Below the pieces are notes generated by a model that was given only the letters and a program-made list of their open reading frames with translations, had not been told where the DNA came from and searched no databases. From Vicugna vicugna (Eukaryota), in the NCBI GenBank assembly GCA_013265495.1, contig MU058065.1, positions 8,184,302 through 8,248,301 of the forward strand: a stretch of DNA of 64,000 nt. Direction: 5' to 3'. Positions 1-10,376 of the stretch are shown here, piece by piece; position 1 is the stretch's first letter; each line of letters begins with the position of its first letter. A program made the position numbers and the translations under genes.

Positions 1-2193
1 TACAGGGCAGAGTTGGGCTAGCGCGTCAGCAGCATCATTGCCCGGTGCCAGGGCTGGGCGGTGCCCTGGTACGTGGTAAACAGTATATTGGCCTTCTTGG
101 CCTTTGTCCCATAAATCCACATCTGCCCACAGGGGCCAGTGCCCAATTATCCAGTCTTGCAGGGCCCATTGGGGTATCCACAATGTAAGGCCTCGATACA
201 CGGCCCAACTATCTGTATAAATCTGCAAGGGGCTAGGTTTATTCATTAACATCAGCCATATTGCCCGTAACTCAGCCCATTGGCTGGATTGGCCTTCTCC
301 GGTCTCATACCAGAAGGCTTTAGTGGCAGGGTGCAGTGCTACTGCAACCCAAGTGGGCGGATTGCCCTTACAAGATCCATCAGTATATCAAGCAGTTTTC
401 GGGGGTGGCCCTTTCCCTTCATGAAAGGGACTGGGCACAGGGTCCACCCCTTGTTGTGGGAGTGTCTGTACATCAGACGCAACAAATTTTACAGGCGCTA
501 ACACCTGCTGCAACTCTGCAGCCAAGGGGCTAGCGGTGTATTGGGCTCTCTGTTCCAAATAAGCACCCCACTTCGTCAGAGTTGGGGTTTGGGCAGTTCC
601 CGATCGGGGTTGTTTTGTCCATGTCTGTACCCATCCTGCAATAGGGCATGTGGTCTGCACTTGGACCTCTTGCCTTCCCATCAGGGGTTCAGTGGCAATC
701 AAGGATGTATAAGTTGCTAGCAACTGTTTTTCAATCAGAGAATAACGACATTTAGCCCCTTTCCATAACTGAGACCAGAATCTTATGGGCACCTTCCGCT
801 GCCCATGTTTCTGCCATAAGCCCCAGCCATATCCATCATTGTCCACATGGACTGTCAACCAGAAAGGGAGGTCTGGATCTATAGTGCGCAGTGCTTGCGC
901 TTGGGCCACTGCCCTCTTAGTTTTAACAAATGTACATTTGGTCTCATCAGACCAATTTCAGACTTTTCCCTTTTTAATCAGTTTATACAGGGGTTTGGCT
1001 ATTTGGGCCAAATGAGGAATAAACACCCGCCAGTATCCCAGAAGACCTAAATAAGTCTGTAACTGTTTAACTGTTTTAGGGCGGGAATATGCCTGGATTT
1101 TGTCTATTACTGCTTCAGGCAGCACTTTTGTCTTACCCGACCAGACAACATCTAAGAATTTGACAGAATATCCAGGTCCTTGTACTTTGTCCTCGTTCAC
1201 GGCCCACCTCTAGCCCGCCAGGGCTTCTCGCAGCGCTGTGGCACTGGTTTCCAAATTTGAAAGAGAATCAGAGGTTAGCATTATGTCATCAATATAATGG
1301 AACAAGCGGACGGTATCTGGTTTGCTTCATGTAGCCAGGTCCTGGGCCACCAGGCCATGACACAGTGTAGGGCTGTGCAGATACCCCTGCGGCAACACAA
1401 CAAATGTCCATTGTCTGCCTTCCCAGGTGAAGCCAAACTGTTCTTGGCTCTCAGGGGCTATGTTTATCGAGAAGAATGTATTAGTCAGGTCAACCACATA
1501 GTGACAAGTACCCAGTTCATGGGACAGTCGGTCCATTAAATCTGTTATATTTGGCTCCGCGGCATGCATGGGGGGAGTGACTTTATTTAGTTCCCGATAG
1601 TCCACTGTCATCCTCCAGGAGCCGTATGGCTTCCACACTGGCCACACTGGAGAGTTATATGGGCTATGCGTAGCCCGAATTATATTGGCTTCCTCAAGCT
1701 TCAGAATAGTCTGTCCTATTTCCTTATGGCCTCCGGGCAATCGATATTGCCGGACATTTACCACTCGTGTGGCCTGTGGCAAAATCAAAGGTGCATGATG
1801 AGGATGCCCCCGTATAACTGTTTTCACCACACGGGCTCTCAGGCGAAATTTTTCTTGAGTCGTCTGTATTTGCAATCCTTGCAAAATGTCTATCCCCAGA
1901 ATGTATTTAGTTACTGGGGATATATGTACTTTATATGCAGCAAGGGGCAGACGGCCAATGCCCAAAATCAGAGTCACTCGTTTAACACATATTTGCTTGT
2001 TTCCATATCCTTCTATATCAACCCATGGTCCCTGAAAACGCTCTGGATTTCCATGCACCAATGTAATTTCAGCTCCTGTGTCTACTAGTGCCAGCACTCG
2101 CTGTTTATTCATGGGGGACCAGTGAATAGTCAGCTCAACATGTGGCCTCCGGTCGTCGGGGTGCCCCACGTCCCGAACACCTTGGCCTTTCTC
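1..2193 (-). pseudogene. pol: ERV pro-pol (aspartic protease, RT, tether, RNase H) with in-frame stops at 1327, 1210, 958 and 388; truncated by window edge
   Basis: DTG at 2074-2082; [28 protein letters not shown] at 1285-1296; RNase H YTDGS, SSQWAELRA, YTDSW, HVPGH, GNDAADALA between 387 and 1. Confidence 0.93.
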
Positions 2194-3564
2194 CTAGTCT
2201 GGGAGGAAATCAGCAAAGGCCACCTCTCGGGCCTGATGGGAGGTTGGCAATGGAGTATATTGTTGCTCAGGCCGTAATTTTTTCCATAAGGCCATCAGCA
2301 CCTCCAATGGCTGGCCATCTAATTTTACACGGTCCAGGCCAGCTGCCAGTAAATCACACCATATCTGCCGGCGATCTAGCTTTTGGGGCCCTCCTAAAAT
2401 TGGAGCATTCCCTTTTTTCCTTCTTGGTGTGGACTTTCCTTTCTGCGTCACTGCACGGGAGGAGGGGGTCTTGGACTCACCTTGAGTCTTGGCAGCACGT
2501 ACCCTCTTTCGGCGCACCTCTATGTCCCCCAGACGAGCCAGAGCCTCAGTTACTTCATGAATGGAGCAGTCTACATACGGTGCTAGTAGCGCCGCCATAG
2601 TTCCAAACGTTCCTGTTGGGCCATTAGCCAAAATCAAATCTTTTATTCGAGCTGTAAGGAGCTCATTAGCTGGACTATGGAAATGCAAAGAAAACATCAT
2701 CTGGTGCATGCTCATTTCCCGGATAACTTGCGCTAAGTCTAAATACGTGGTCCATTTACTCACATGTTCAGGCAAGTCCCCTGCACTTTCCCACACAGTG
2801 CGTACAGCAGCCATTAACCAGCTTATCAGCATATGGTTGCCAGCATCAGCATCTGACTGGGGAATAGTTTGTAGCCTCTGCCGCAGTGAGGGGACAGTTG
2901 TTATGCTGGCCAGCTGGCTCATCTCCTTCGGAGATAGCTCAGTCTGGTCAGCCCCATCATCCCAAAGGCGCAGTAGCCATGCAGGGATTGACTCACCCAT
3001 ACGCTGCTTGCATTGCTTTGCCAGGTCCCTCAATTCCATTGATGTGTAGGATGTATAGGTGGTTTGTCGTGTCACTTGCCGTGGCCCCGTAGGAAATCCC
3101 CCCTGAGCCATGGGCTCCTCCATTTTCATCCGCTGTCTCACCACGGGCTGTAGACGCAGTGGAATGGGGGGAGGGGTTGGGCTTATCGCTCCCAGGGGCG
3201 GTGGGACCGGAGCTATACAGGGATAGCTGCTCTCAGAGGCGGTGGAGCTAGGACCATGCAGACATCTTTCTGCTGTGCTGAGTCTCTGCTTAAGCTCCTC
3301 TTCTTTACACTGTAACTCCTCCACTTGTACCTGTAAATCTCTCATGTCTTGGCTAGCATGCCGTAAAACAGATAAGAACATCTAGGCCACCCTCTCGGCT
3401 GCCTCTCGGTGGGCTAATGGGACATTATTTTCTAACAGCTCCAACGCCCTCCGGACGTCATCTGGCCGGGGCGCCACTGTGTCCCAATCCTCAGGCTGAG
3501 CCCACATCAGCAAATAGGCTGCCACCGGGTACCATACAGAGGTAGGGGGCCACTTTGCTTCCAT
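2194..3564 (-). pseudogene. gag: ERV gag with one in-frame TAG at 3382-3384
   Basis: First in-frame ATG after the PBS is at 3564 (MEAKWPP...); ORFs 3382..3708 and 2194..3381 are contiguous in frame; coiled-coil, Pro-rich and MHR-like segments; no CCHC finger seen. Confidence 0.85.
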
Positions 3565-3603
3565 CAGAGCATCCCCATCAGGGGCAGGGGGTTCAGAAGG
3601 GGC

Positions 3604-3612
3604 ACTCACCTC
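3604..3612 (-). promoter_or_regulatory. Retroviral major splice donor
   Basis: GAG|GTGAGT consensus donor immediately 3' of the PBS. Confidence 0.7.
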
Positions 3613-3630
3613 ATCCTGCCGACTACGCCA
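3613..3630 (-). promoter_or_regulatory. Primer-binding site, tRNA-Ser
   Basis: Minus strand TGGCGTAGTCGGCAGGAT is complementary to the 18-nt 3' end of tRNA-Ser (ATCCTGCCGACTACGCCA); lies directly after LTR-end CA-CT. Confidence 0.92.
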
Positions 3631-3632
3631 AG

Positions 3633-4060
3633 TGTCAGCCGAGGGAGGCTGATGTGGGGTTCTAGGAGGTGAGCGGCCCAAACGAAAAAATGCACGAGGA
3701 GTTGCCATACTGCTGGACAGACTTTAGCCGGAGACACCATGGGGTTAACAACACATTATTGCCACAGGGAGGTGCGCGCCTGTGATGCACCTGTCCTGCT
3801 TTTATCTGTTTTCTGTCAGCACATGCGTGGTCTGAGTTTTTTTGTTCATTAGGCTTACAGAATATCTCTAGCACATGCGTACTTCTATTTTCTTTGTTCT
3901 AAATTTTATATAATTGACGCATGCGTGGAGCAATTATTTACTGCATACTACAAACATGCTCTGTAGTCGTGGCCTTGGGTCCCACAGCCTTAACTTATCT
4001 CAAGGCTCTGGCCATGGCCTTGGGTCCCACGGCCTTAACTCATCTCAAGGCCAGCTCACA
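3633..4060 (-). mobile_element. 5' LTR of the ERV (428 bp)
   Basis: Minus strand starts TGTGAGC at 4060 and ends GCTGACA at 3633 (6/7 inverted terminal match); ends 2 nt before the PBS; TATA-like GATAAAAG at 3799-3806; tandem repeats in U3. Confidence 0.8.
3970..4053. repeat. 45-bp-period direct repeat (two ~37-bp copies) in LTR U3
   Basis: tggccttgggtcccac(a/g)gccttaact(t/c)atctcaaggc at 3970-4006 and 4015-4051. Confidence 0.9.
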
Positions 4061-4299
4061 GAGGGACAAATATAAAGCAATGACCAAATATGTAAAATTA
4101 GCCATTGTCAGTATGAAAAGTTTGATACAATTTTTATAAAAACAAATTCTATGTATGTTTAATTACACAGGTTTGTATGCATAGCAAATAAATTACCAAC
4201 GGCTTCATCTCAAATTGTTTGTATTAGTTATCACCTCCAGGGGTAGGGTGGATGAGGATGTAGGACTTTCATTTTTTTAAGTTTATGCATTTCCAGATT

Positions 4300-4520
4300 C
4301 GTTGCTTTTACCTAGAATTTATAGCAGTGAATAGAGCAGCGGAGGAAGGGACAATCTTTTCAGTAAGTGGTGCTGAGATAACTACGTATTCATATGGGAA
4401 AAAATAAACGTTGACCTTATCTCCCCCATGTACAAAAATCAACTCCAGGTGGATTGTAGATCTCAGTGTTAAACACAAAACAATAAAGCTTCTGGAACAT
4501 ATTATATTCATAACCTTGGG
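4300..4520 (+). mobile_element. Old L1 (L1M-type) ORF2 3' fragment
   Basis: Recognisable L1 motifs such as aatctttt...gtggtgctg and aaaaatcaactccaggtggattgtagatct; boundaries approximate. Confidence 0.6.
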
Positions 4521-7500
4521 GTCATGGTTACACAGTGTTTATTTTATAGCATTTTGTTAAGCTGTAAATTTGTTTGATGAACTCTTTTGTGTGTTATATT
4601 TCACCCTCCCGAAGAGGTGGTAAAAAGAGAGGAAGAATGCCTAGTACTCAATGTATTTGCTGAATGGGTTGGGGGTGTGGGATGTGGGTAGAGGGTTTTG
4701 CAAAACCAGATAACTGTTGGCTGTCATAATGAGCAAAAAACTGTGACTCACAGGCTTCTTCATACTTTCTGCTGTGATTAGGAATCCATTTTCTTTGCTG
4801 AGACCACCCCTCTCCTCGGAAAACACAAAACCAAAATAAAACATAGGTATGAGAGGTTGCGCCAGGAAATCCCCTTTAACCTTCTAAGCTTTATTTTTTT
4901 TTTAATCTTGTGATCCTTAACTTTGTAGGGAGTGAGAGGATAGGGTAAAGAAATAAGGTTGGACTTCTTTTCATCCCCTTCACAGTTTAAATTTCACTTA
5001 AAAAAGAGCTTCAGAAAACATCAAGTTTCCAATAGACAAGAAGGCACAAATCAGGGAAAACCTAAGAACCGGCAGTGAGGGGACAGCACCTCCGGCCCTG
5101 TTTCTCAGCTCTCCCTCTGACCTAGAAAAAGGCTGGTGGGAAGCCAGAAAGGAAGAGACATGATTCACGCAAGCACAAGTGGATCAAGGCTAACGGGATT
5201 CCTTACTGCCTCTTGGAGTCTTCCTGACGCCGGCCCTCAAGGCAGAAGTTAACCAGGGCCATTCAGGGACCGAGACTCCACTTAAGGACCTGGGGAGGGG
5301 AGGCAAAGATAGCTCCAGTGAGCCGGTAGGGGCATAATTCAGTAAAACCTTTTAAGGGGACAGTTGATGGCAGGGACAGGAGTGGAATGAGATGCAACCA
5401 GATTTGCTTCATTCCAACTGACATTTCCAGAAAACATGATGGATGAGGAGAGGAGGGGAGTGTGTCTGAACTGAGCTGCAGAGTCCGTGAGGGAAAGGAG
5501 GGAGTGTGGAAATCCTTTCTTAAACCCAGAGGTATTCAGTCTCTAAACAAGTCCAAGTGTCCTTTACTGAATCATGCAGAAGTGGCTGGAAAGCTCTCAA
5601 CAAATTTCAGAGGTACATTTGGGAAGGTACAACTTAAAGTATGTAGGCTACATGGTCTAAATAAAATTTGCTTTGGAGGACCTCAGGGACATCTCAGATT
5701 GAAAAAGAGAGAGAGTGAGTGTAGGCAAAACTGAGGTTTAACTAGAGGCCTCAGGTGGAAGTTCAACAAAGTAACTAAGACCACAAAGGAATAGTGGTTT
5801 CAAACACAAGCAGCCTCCCACTGGCAGACACTGACCTGACACCTTGCAGTATGTCAAGGGCTGCTCTGTGTGGGAGGCCCTGGGTGAATGCAGCCAGGAT
5901 CTGTTAATTTAATTTAGAAGTGATTCTTCTAAGCAACACTGTATATTTCAAAATCACCAAGGCATTCACTTCTACTTTGAAGCATACCCCTTGTATCCTG
6001 GCCACATCCCTGGAGTAAGGAGGGACTATTAACAGAAGTCAGAAATGAGAGCCTAAGCAATTAAAGAACTTGACCAAACGCCAGTGGGGCCCATGGAAAA
6101 GCAGTACTCACATTCTCTGGAGACCCTGATGAGGGTGGAGCGAGCAGCAGGCAGGTGGCAGCATCTCTGGGCAGTAGTCTGGATGTCCGCAGACTCAGGG
6201 GACAGGGCCTCTCAACGTACGTCAAGCTGTGTGATGTGAGTGTGTAGAGCAGGGGCTGTGATGAGGCACTGGGGCCGGCCAGGAAGAGCTGCTTCTTTCT
6301 GAGACTGTCTCAGGATTTGACTGTGGTCCAGAACCTTTCTTCTTCCTGGCTGCAGGTCCTGCTCTGCCTCTTCCCAGCTGAGACGCCCTGGGCACAGTTT
6401 CTGTATCTGCACAAGGGAAATATAACTACCTTCTTCCGAGACTGGGTTCACTGTGTCAATAGATTAAAGTGCTCAGCGCCCCGCACTTAGTCCACAGAGC
6501 AAAAGTGAAAACCATTCTGGTCTAACAAACAATCCACACACCATCCACCAGCACAACGTGGTGTTCACTGCTGCCGAGGAAACTGGGCTGACTCTAAGCC
6601 CTCAATTACACCTGGCCCCTGGCTACCTACAATACCAATGAGAGCAGCAACTCCTTTGTTCTTGAAACACTTAAAAAAAAAATCCCCTTCCTGCACACTC
6701 ACGTGGGTCTCCTTCTCCTCTTCCCAACCCTAGATGTTTGGGTGCATAGGGGTCAGTCAGAGCCAGTTTTCTCCTGATGCCATCAGGCTCCTGGATGATC
6801 TCATCCACCCTGGGGCTACAAGCACCATTTACATCTGGTGCAGCCTGAGTCAGAAGACTCAGACACCCTACTGCCTACGGAGCGTCTCCGCTTGGACCTT
6901 GCCACAGGTTAGGTTTTCCAGAAACACACTGAGATGAGTTTGGGGTGCAAGATGTTCATTAGAGAGCCTTTCCTGTGAAAGGAAGGGGGAGGAAGGAAGG
7001 CGGGGCAGAGGGACCTCCCTCTGGGATACAAGCCTGAAATCGCCTCTGACAACCCAGTGGGCAGTAGGGAGACTTGTGGGGGTACTGCCCATCAGAGGGG
7101 GTGCCCACCAGGCCAAGCTGCCCGGCCTTCACGCCCACCTTGCTCAGCCACCGATGCACGCTGCCCCAGGAAGGGCGTAACCTCAGACAAAATGGTTTCC
7201 TGCGGTCTGGGACTAACTGGAGGTTGTGGTCAGGTGGAGACTGTTTGCCAGCTGCACTCCCGCAGCTGGGCAGCAAGTCCCTTCTCAAAGTGGGCGCTGG
7301 GCAGGGGGGTCTCCAGGTCTGCCAGATTGTCTAACAGCTGTCTCAGACTCAACAAGTCCAAAACCAAACCCTTGATTTCACCCTGGCCCCCAATCTCTCC
7401 TCCCCCATCTTTTTTTTTAAATCTATCTCTAAATGGTTAAGACCACTAACACTTTGCTGAGGCAACACCCCAGGTCTCAGTATTGACCTCTCTTCCTGAA

Positions 7501-7865
7501 ATGCAAACGGTCAATCCATCTGCAAATTCTTTCAGATTTACACCCAAAATATGTCCAGATTCCAACTGATTCTCACCACCTTCACACTGCTCCTCAGCTC
7601 GACCACACCCCAGCACCACCCCCAAAGTCAGCTGTGAGCTCGGTAGCCTCTTCTACCCAACCCCTTCCTCCGTTCATCCTTTCTGATCTCTTTTCTACAC
7701 ACAAACCAGGCGATCTGCTCAAAACCAGTCAGTGCTTCCATTCACATTCAAAATGAAATGTTTCCTTACCATGACCTAGGACATCCGGCCCGGCTCTCTC
7801 TTCGACATCATCATCTGTTACTTTTCCCACTTGGCATTCCCCTCCCCTCACCCCTCTCTAAAGGT

Positions 7866-8154
7866 GCGCTGTCCAGCACAGGAGCCACCAGCCGTGACAC
7901 CTGAAACATGGCGAATTCAGGCTGTTGATGTATGGTTACTGTCAAATACACACTGGATTTTGGAGGTTTGGTACGAAAAAACAAATGAGAAGTTTCTCAG
8001 TAATTTTTAACAGTGATTATGTTGAAATGACAGTAGTTTGAATGTATTGGGTTACAAAAAATGTTACTAATTTGGTCCTTTATTTTTTAAAGTGCTCTTT
8101 AGAAAACTGAAATCCCCTATCTGCCCTGCGTTGTATTTCTGTCGGGCAGCGCTG
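7866..8154. mobile_element. MER3/MER33-like hAT DNA transposon remnant
   Basis: Inverted ends gcgctgtcc...gggcagcgc; internal aaatacacactggatttt motif; family from recall. Confidence 0.55.
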
Positions 8155-8162
8155 CTCTGAAC

Positions 8163-8486
8163 CAGGGGTTAGCAAACCATGGTCTGTGAGCCAAACTCTG
8201 CCCACTGCCTGCTTTTGTATGGCCTGTGAGCCAAGTACAGTTTTCACATTTTTCAATGGTTGAAAGTAAAAGAATAGTAATTTGTGACATATGAAAATTA
8301 TATGAAATTCAAAATTCAGTGTCCATAACAGAATTTTACTGGAAAAGAGCAATCATTTGTTTCTGGATTACCTATGGTTGATTTCACATGACAGGAGCAG
8401 AGGTGAGTAGTTCTGACAGAGACATCCTGGCCTGTAGACTCAAAATTATTATCTGGTTATTTATAGAAAAAGCTTGTCAACCCCTG
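8163..8486 (+). mobile_element. MER58B-like hAT/Charlie element
   Basis: TIRs caggggttagcaa...ttgtcaacccctg; 8-bp TSD ctctgaac / ctctaaac. Confidence 0.75.
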
Positions 8487-8910
8487 CTCTAAACCCTTTA
8501 CTTACTTTTTCTTCATAGAACATGTAACTATTGCCTCTTCTGTTATATGATAAACTCGGCAAAGGCCTGCACTTTTCCTCTTTTGTTCAGTGAATTACTG
8601 CCAGCACCTAGAACAGTGCCTGGCACATACCAGGTGCTCTGTTGAATCACTACATTTGAAAACTCCAGATTTGGGGGACTGTGTAGGAAACATCTCATTA
8701 ACGCAAGAACACGAGCCACCACTACTACAATCCACTGCCTCTGTTCCTCAGCCGGGAAAGCTGAGGTTAACTGAGACCCGAGCAAACCCACACATGAGAG
8801 GGGAAAGGAAATGCTGACCCTGGGCCTGGTCACCTCCTGGGCTTGAAGACAGAGACCAGTGCTGTGCTAATGACGGGGGGAGCACGGGCTTTAGAAACAA
8901 AATGCCTTAT

Positions 8911-8926
8911 TTTATTTTACTTTAAT
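8911..8926 (-). terminator. SMARCAL1: SMARCAL1 polyadenylation signals
   Basis: ATTAAA at 8921-8926 and AATAAA at 8911-8916 on minus strand, ~35-50 nt after the stop. Confidence 0.8.
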
Positions 8927-8961
8927 GAATCCCATGATTTTTCATGCTTTTTTGGCCCCTT

Positions 8962-9192
8962 CTACAGAGGAGAGGTAAAGCTGTCCCAGTTATCAAAAAA
9001 TTCAAATCTCTTTTTCTTCAGTGGACTGCCCAGCAGTGTGCTTTCATCTGGCGTGTCTCCCGTGTCCCGGGAACCAGCCCCGGAGGCACTTCCTGGGTCG
9101 AAGGACTCCGCTGCCTCCAGGAGCGCCGCGTCACTGCCGTCCTCCTCAAAGGACTTCTGGAACAGGTCATAGATCTTCTGCTGCTTTGGGTC
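8962..9192 (-). CDS. SMARCAL1: SMARCAL1 exon 18, last coding exon ([11 protein letters not shown]...[18 protein letters not shown])
   Basis: Pyrimidine tract then aag|GAC acceptor; TAG at 8962-8964; SMARCAL1-like C-terminus. Confidence 0.93.
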   Translation of the reverse strand, partial: DPKQQKIYDLFQKSFEEDGSDAALLEAAESFDPGSASGAGSRDTGDTPDESTLLGSPLKKKRFEFFDNWDSFTSPL

Positions 9193-10222
9193 CTTCATCG
9201 GAGAAAGAAAAGACAAGACGTCAGCACCCGGGCACCAACACTGGCTCCCTCCACCACGGAGGCTGGGGAGAGGACACTAAGGAAGGCAGGGGACCAGCTG
9301 GGTGAACTGCTCATCACCCAAGCAGCCTTGGGCCTTCGTGTCTGGTTTCTCATCTTCTCAGCTGCTTGTTGGGGTAAAGAAAAAGAAATCATTGTGAAAA
9401 CAAAACAAAGAAGCTGCTCTCACACAAATTTATGCTGGGGATATTTTCTCCCTTCTGACTTCATAAATCGGTATTTCAGTACTGAAATAGCCCCCAAGCT
9501 CTCACTTCCTTCAAAACCTTCCTCCACTGAGAGGTTAGTTAAGCTGTGATTCAACTCCCAAATTGGTGTGTTCAGCCATGGCTTACACCTGACTTTCAGA
9601 GTGGATGTAAAAATACACACACTTAACATATTAGTAAGTAGGTACGTGTGCCTGTTTCTGACTACTCTGAAATTACAAATGATCAAAATGCCTGCCAACT
9701 GCATCTGTGCGTTGACAACAATGGTGCAGTGTTAAAATCACACCCAGCAGTTACAACCACAACACACGACAGGCTTGTTTTCATCCGTCTGCTGATCTCT
9801 CCAAAATCTAAATTTCCAACCCTGCCCATCATCCAACCCAGAGGCACATATTCAGTATCTCCACTGATATCCCACAGTTCCATAAAATTAAACTTGTTTA
9901 AAAACCAAAACCATCCCTCATCTCACTCCTACATCCTCGAACCAGCTCCAGTTCCTGACTTTTGATGGTCTACTACCATTCTCGTAGTCTGCCCGGCTTG
10001 CAATCACCAAGGCATCTTGACTCCGTATCTCACACATCACCGCATGGAGTTGCTTTCTGCTTTCTGTTCCCTTCTCGATACCTTGTAGGCAGGCTCTTTC
10101 CTTGGCCACACCACTTTCTACCTGCCTGGATTTGCAATGGCTTCACTGCACTTCCTGCCTCAGGCCTCCTCCCATTTCAACTGCTCACAGGTCCCTGCCA
10201 GGCTCATTTTGCCTCCAGACTA

Positions 10223-10376
10223 TCGTTTATTTATTTTTGTTTTGTTTGTGTTTGTTTTTTTGGGGGGGTAATTAGGTTTATTTATTTGCTTATTTTTAAT
10301 GGCGGTACTGGAGGTTGAACCCAAGACCTCATGCATGCTAAACATGTGCTCTAACCACTGAGCTATACCTTCCCCC
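10223..10376 (-). mobile_element. tRNA-derived SINE (Vic-1-like, camelid)
   Basis: GGGGGAAGGTATAGCTCAGTGG... head with A/B boxes, A-rich tail, flanking direct repeat ccagacta. Confidence 0.8.

Larger units (their letters stand above)
1..4060 (-). mobile_element. Class III (ERV-L/ERV-S-like) endogenous retrovirus, 5' part: LTR-PBS-gag-pro-RT-RNaseH; continues beyond window start
   Basis: LTR with TG...CA ends, tRNA-Ser PBS, gag with MHR-like QRMGESIPAWLLRLWD, protease VDTGA, RT LPQG and YIDD, RNase H TDG/WAEL/TDS/ADALA, all in one minus-strand frame. Confidence 0.95.

Noticed and set aside
280..3092. Plus-strand ORFs of up to 162 aa over the ERV
   Set aside because: Antisense shadows of gag/pol with no recognisable motifs
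3613..3630. Perfect tRNA-Ser 3' end on the plus strand as a tRNA gene
   Set aside because: Only 18 nt, includes CCA and abuts the LTR; it is the PBS
3970..4051. Spaced direct repeats resembling a CRISPR array
   Set aside because: Only two copies, inside a mammalian LTR; an enhancer duplication
6900..7330. Possible old ERVL-type LTR within L2-like sequence
   Set aside because: Resemblance from recall only; ends and TSD could not be defined
8843..9549. 201-aa and 109-aa plus-strand ORFs
   Set aside because: Antisense to the last SMARCAL1 exon; GC-rich chance frames with no domain features
10300..10376. tRNA-Ala-like sequence (also 55980-56050) as tRNA genes
   Set aside because: A-rich tails and TSDs identify them as SINEs
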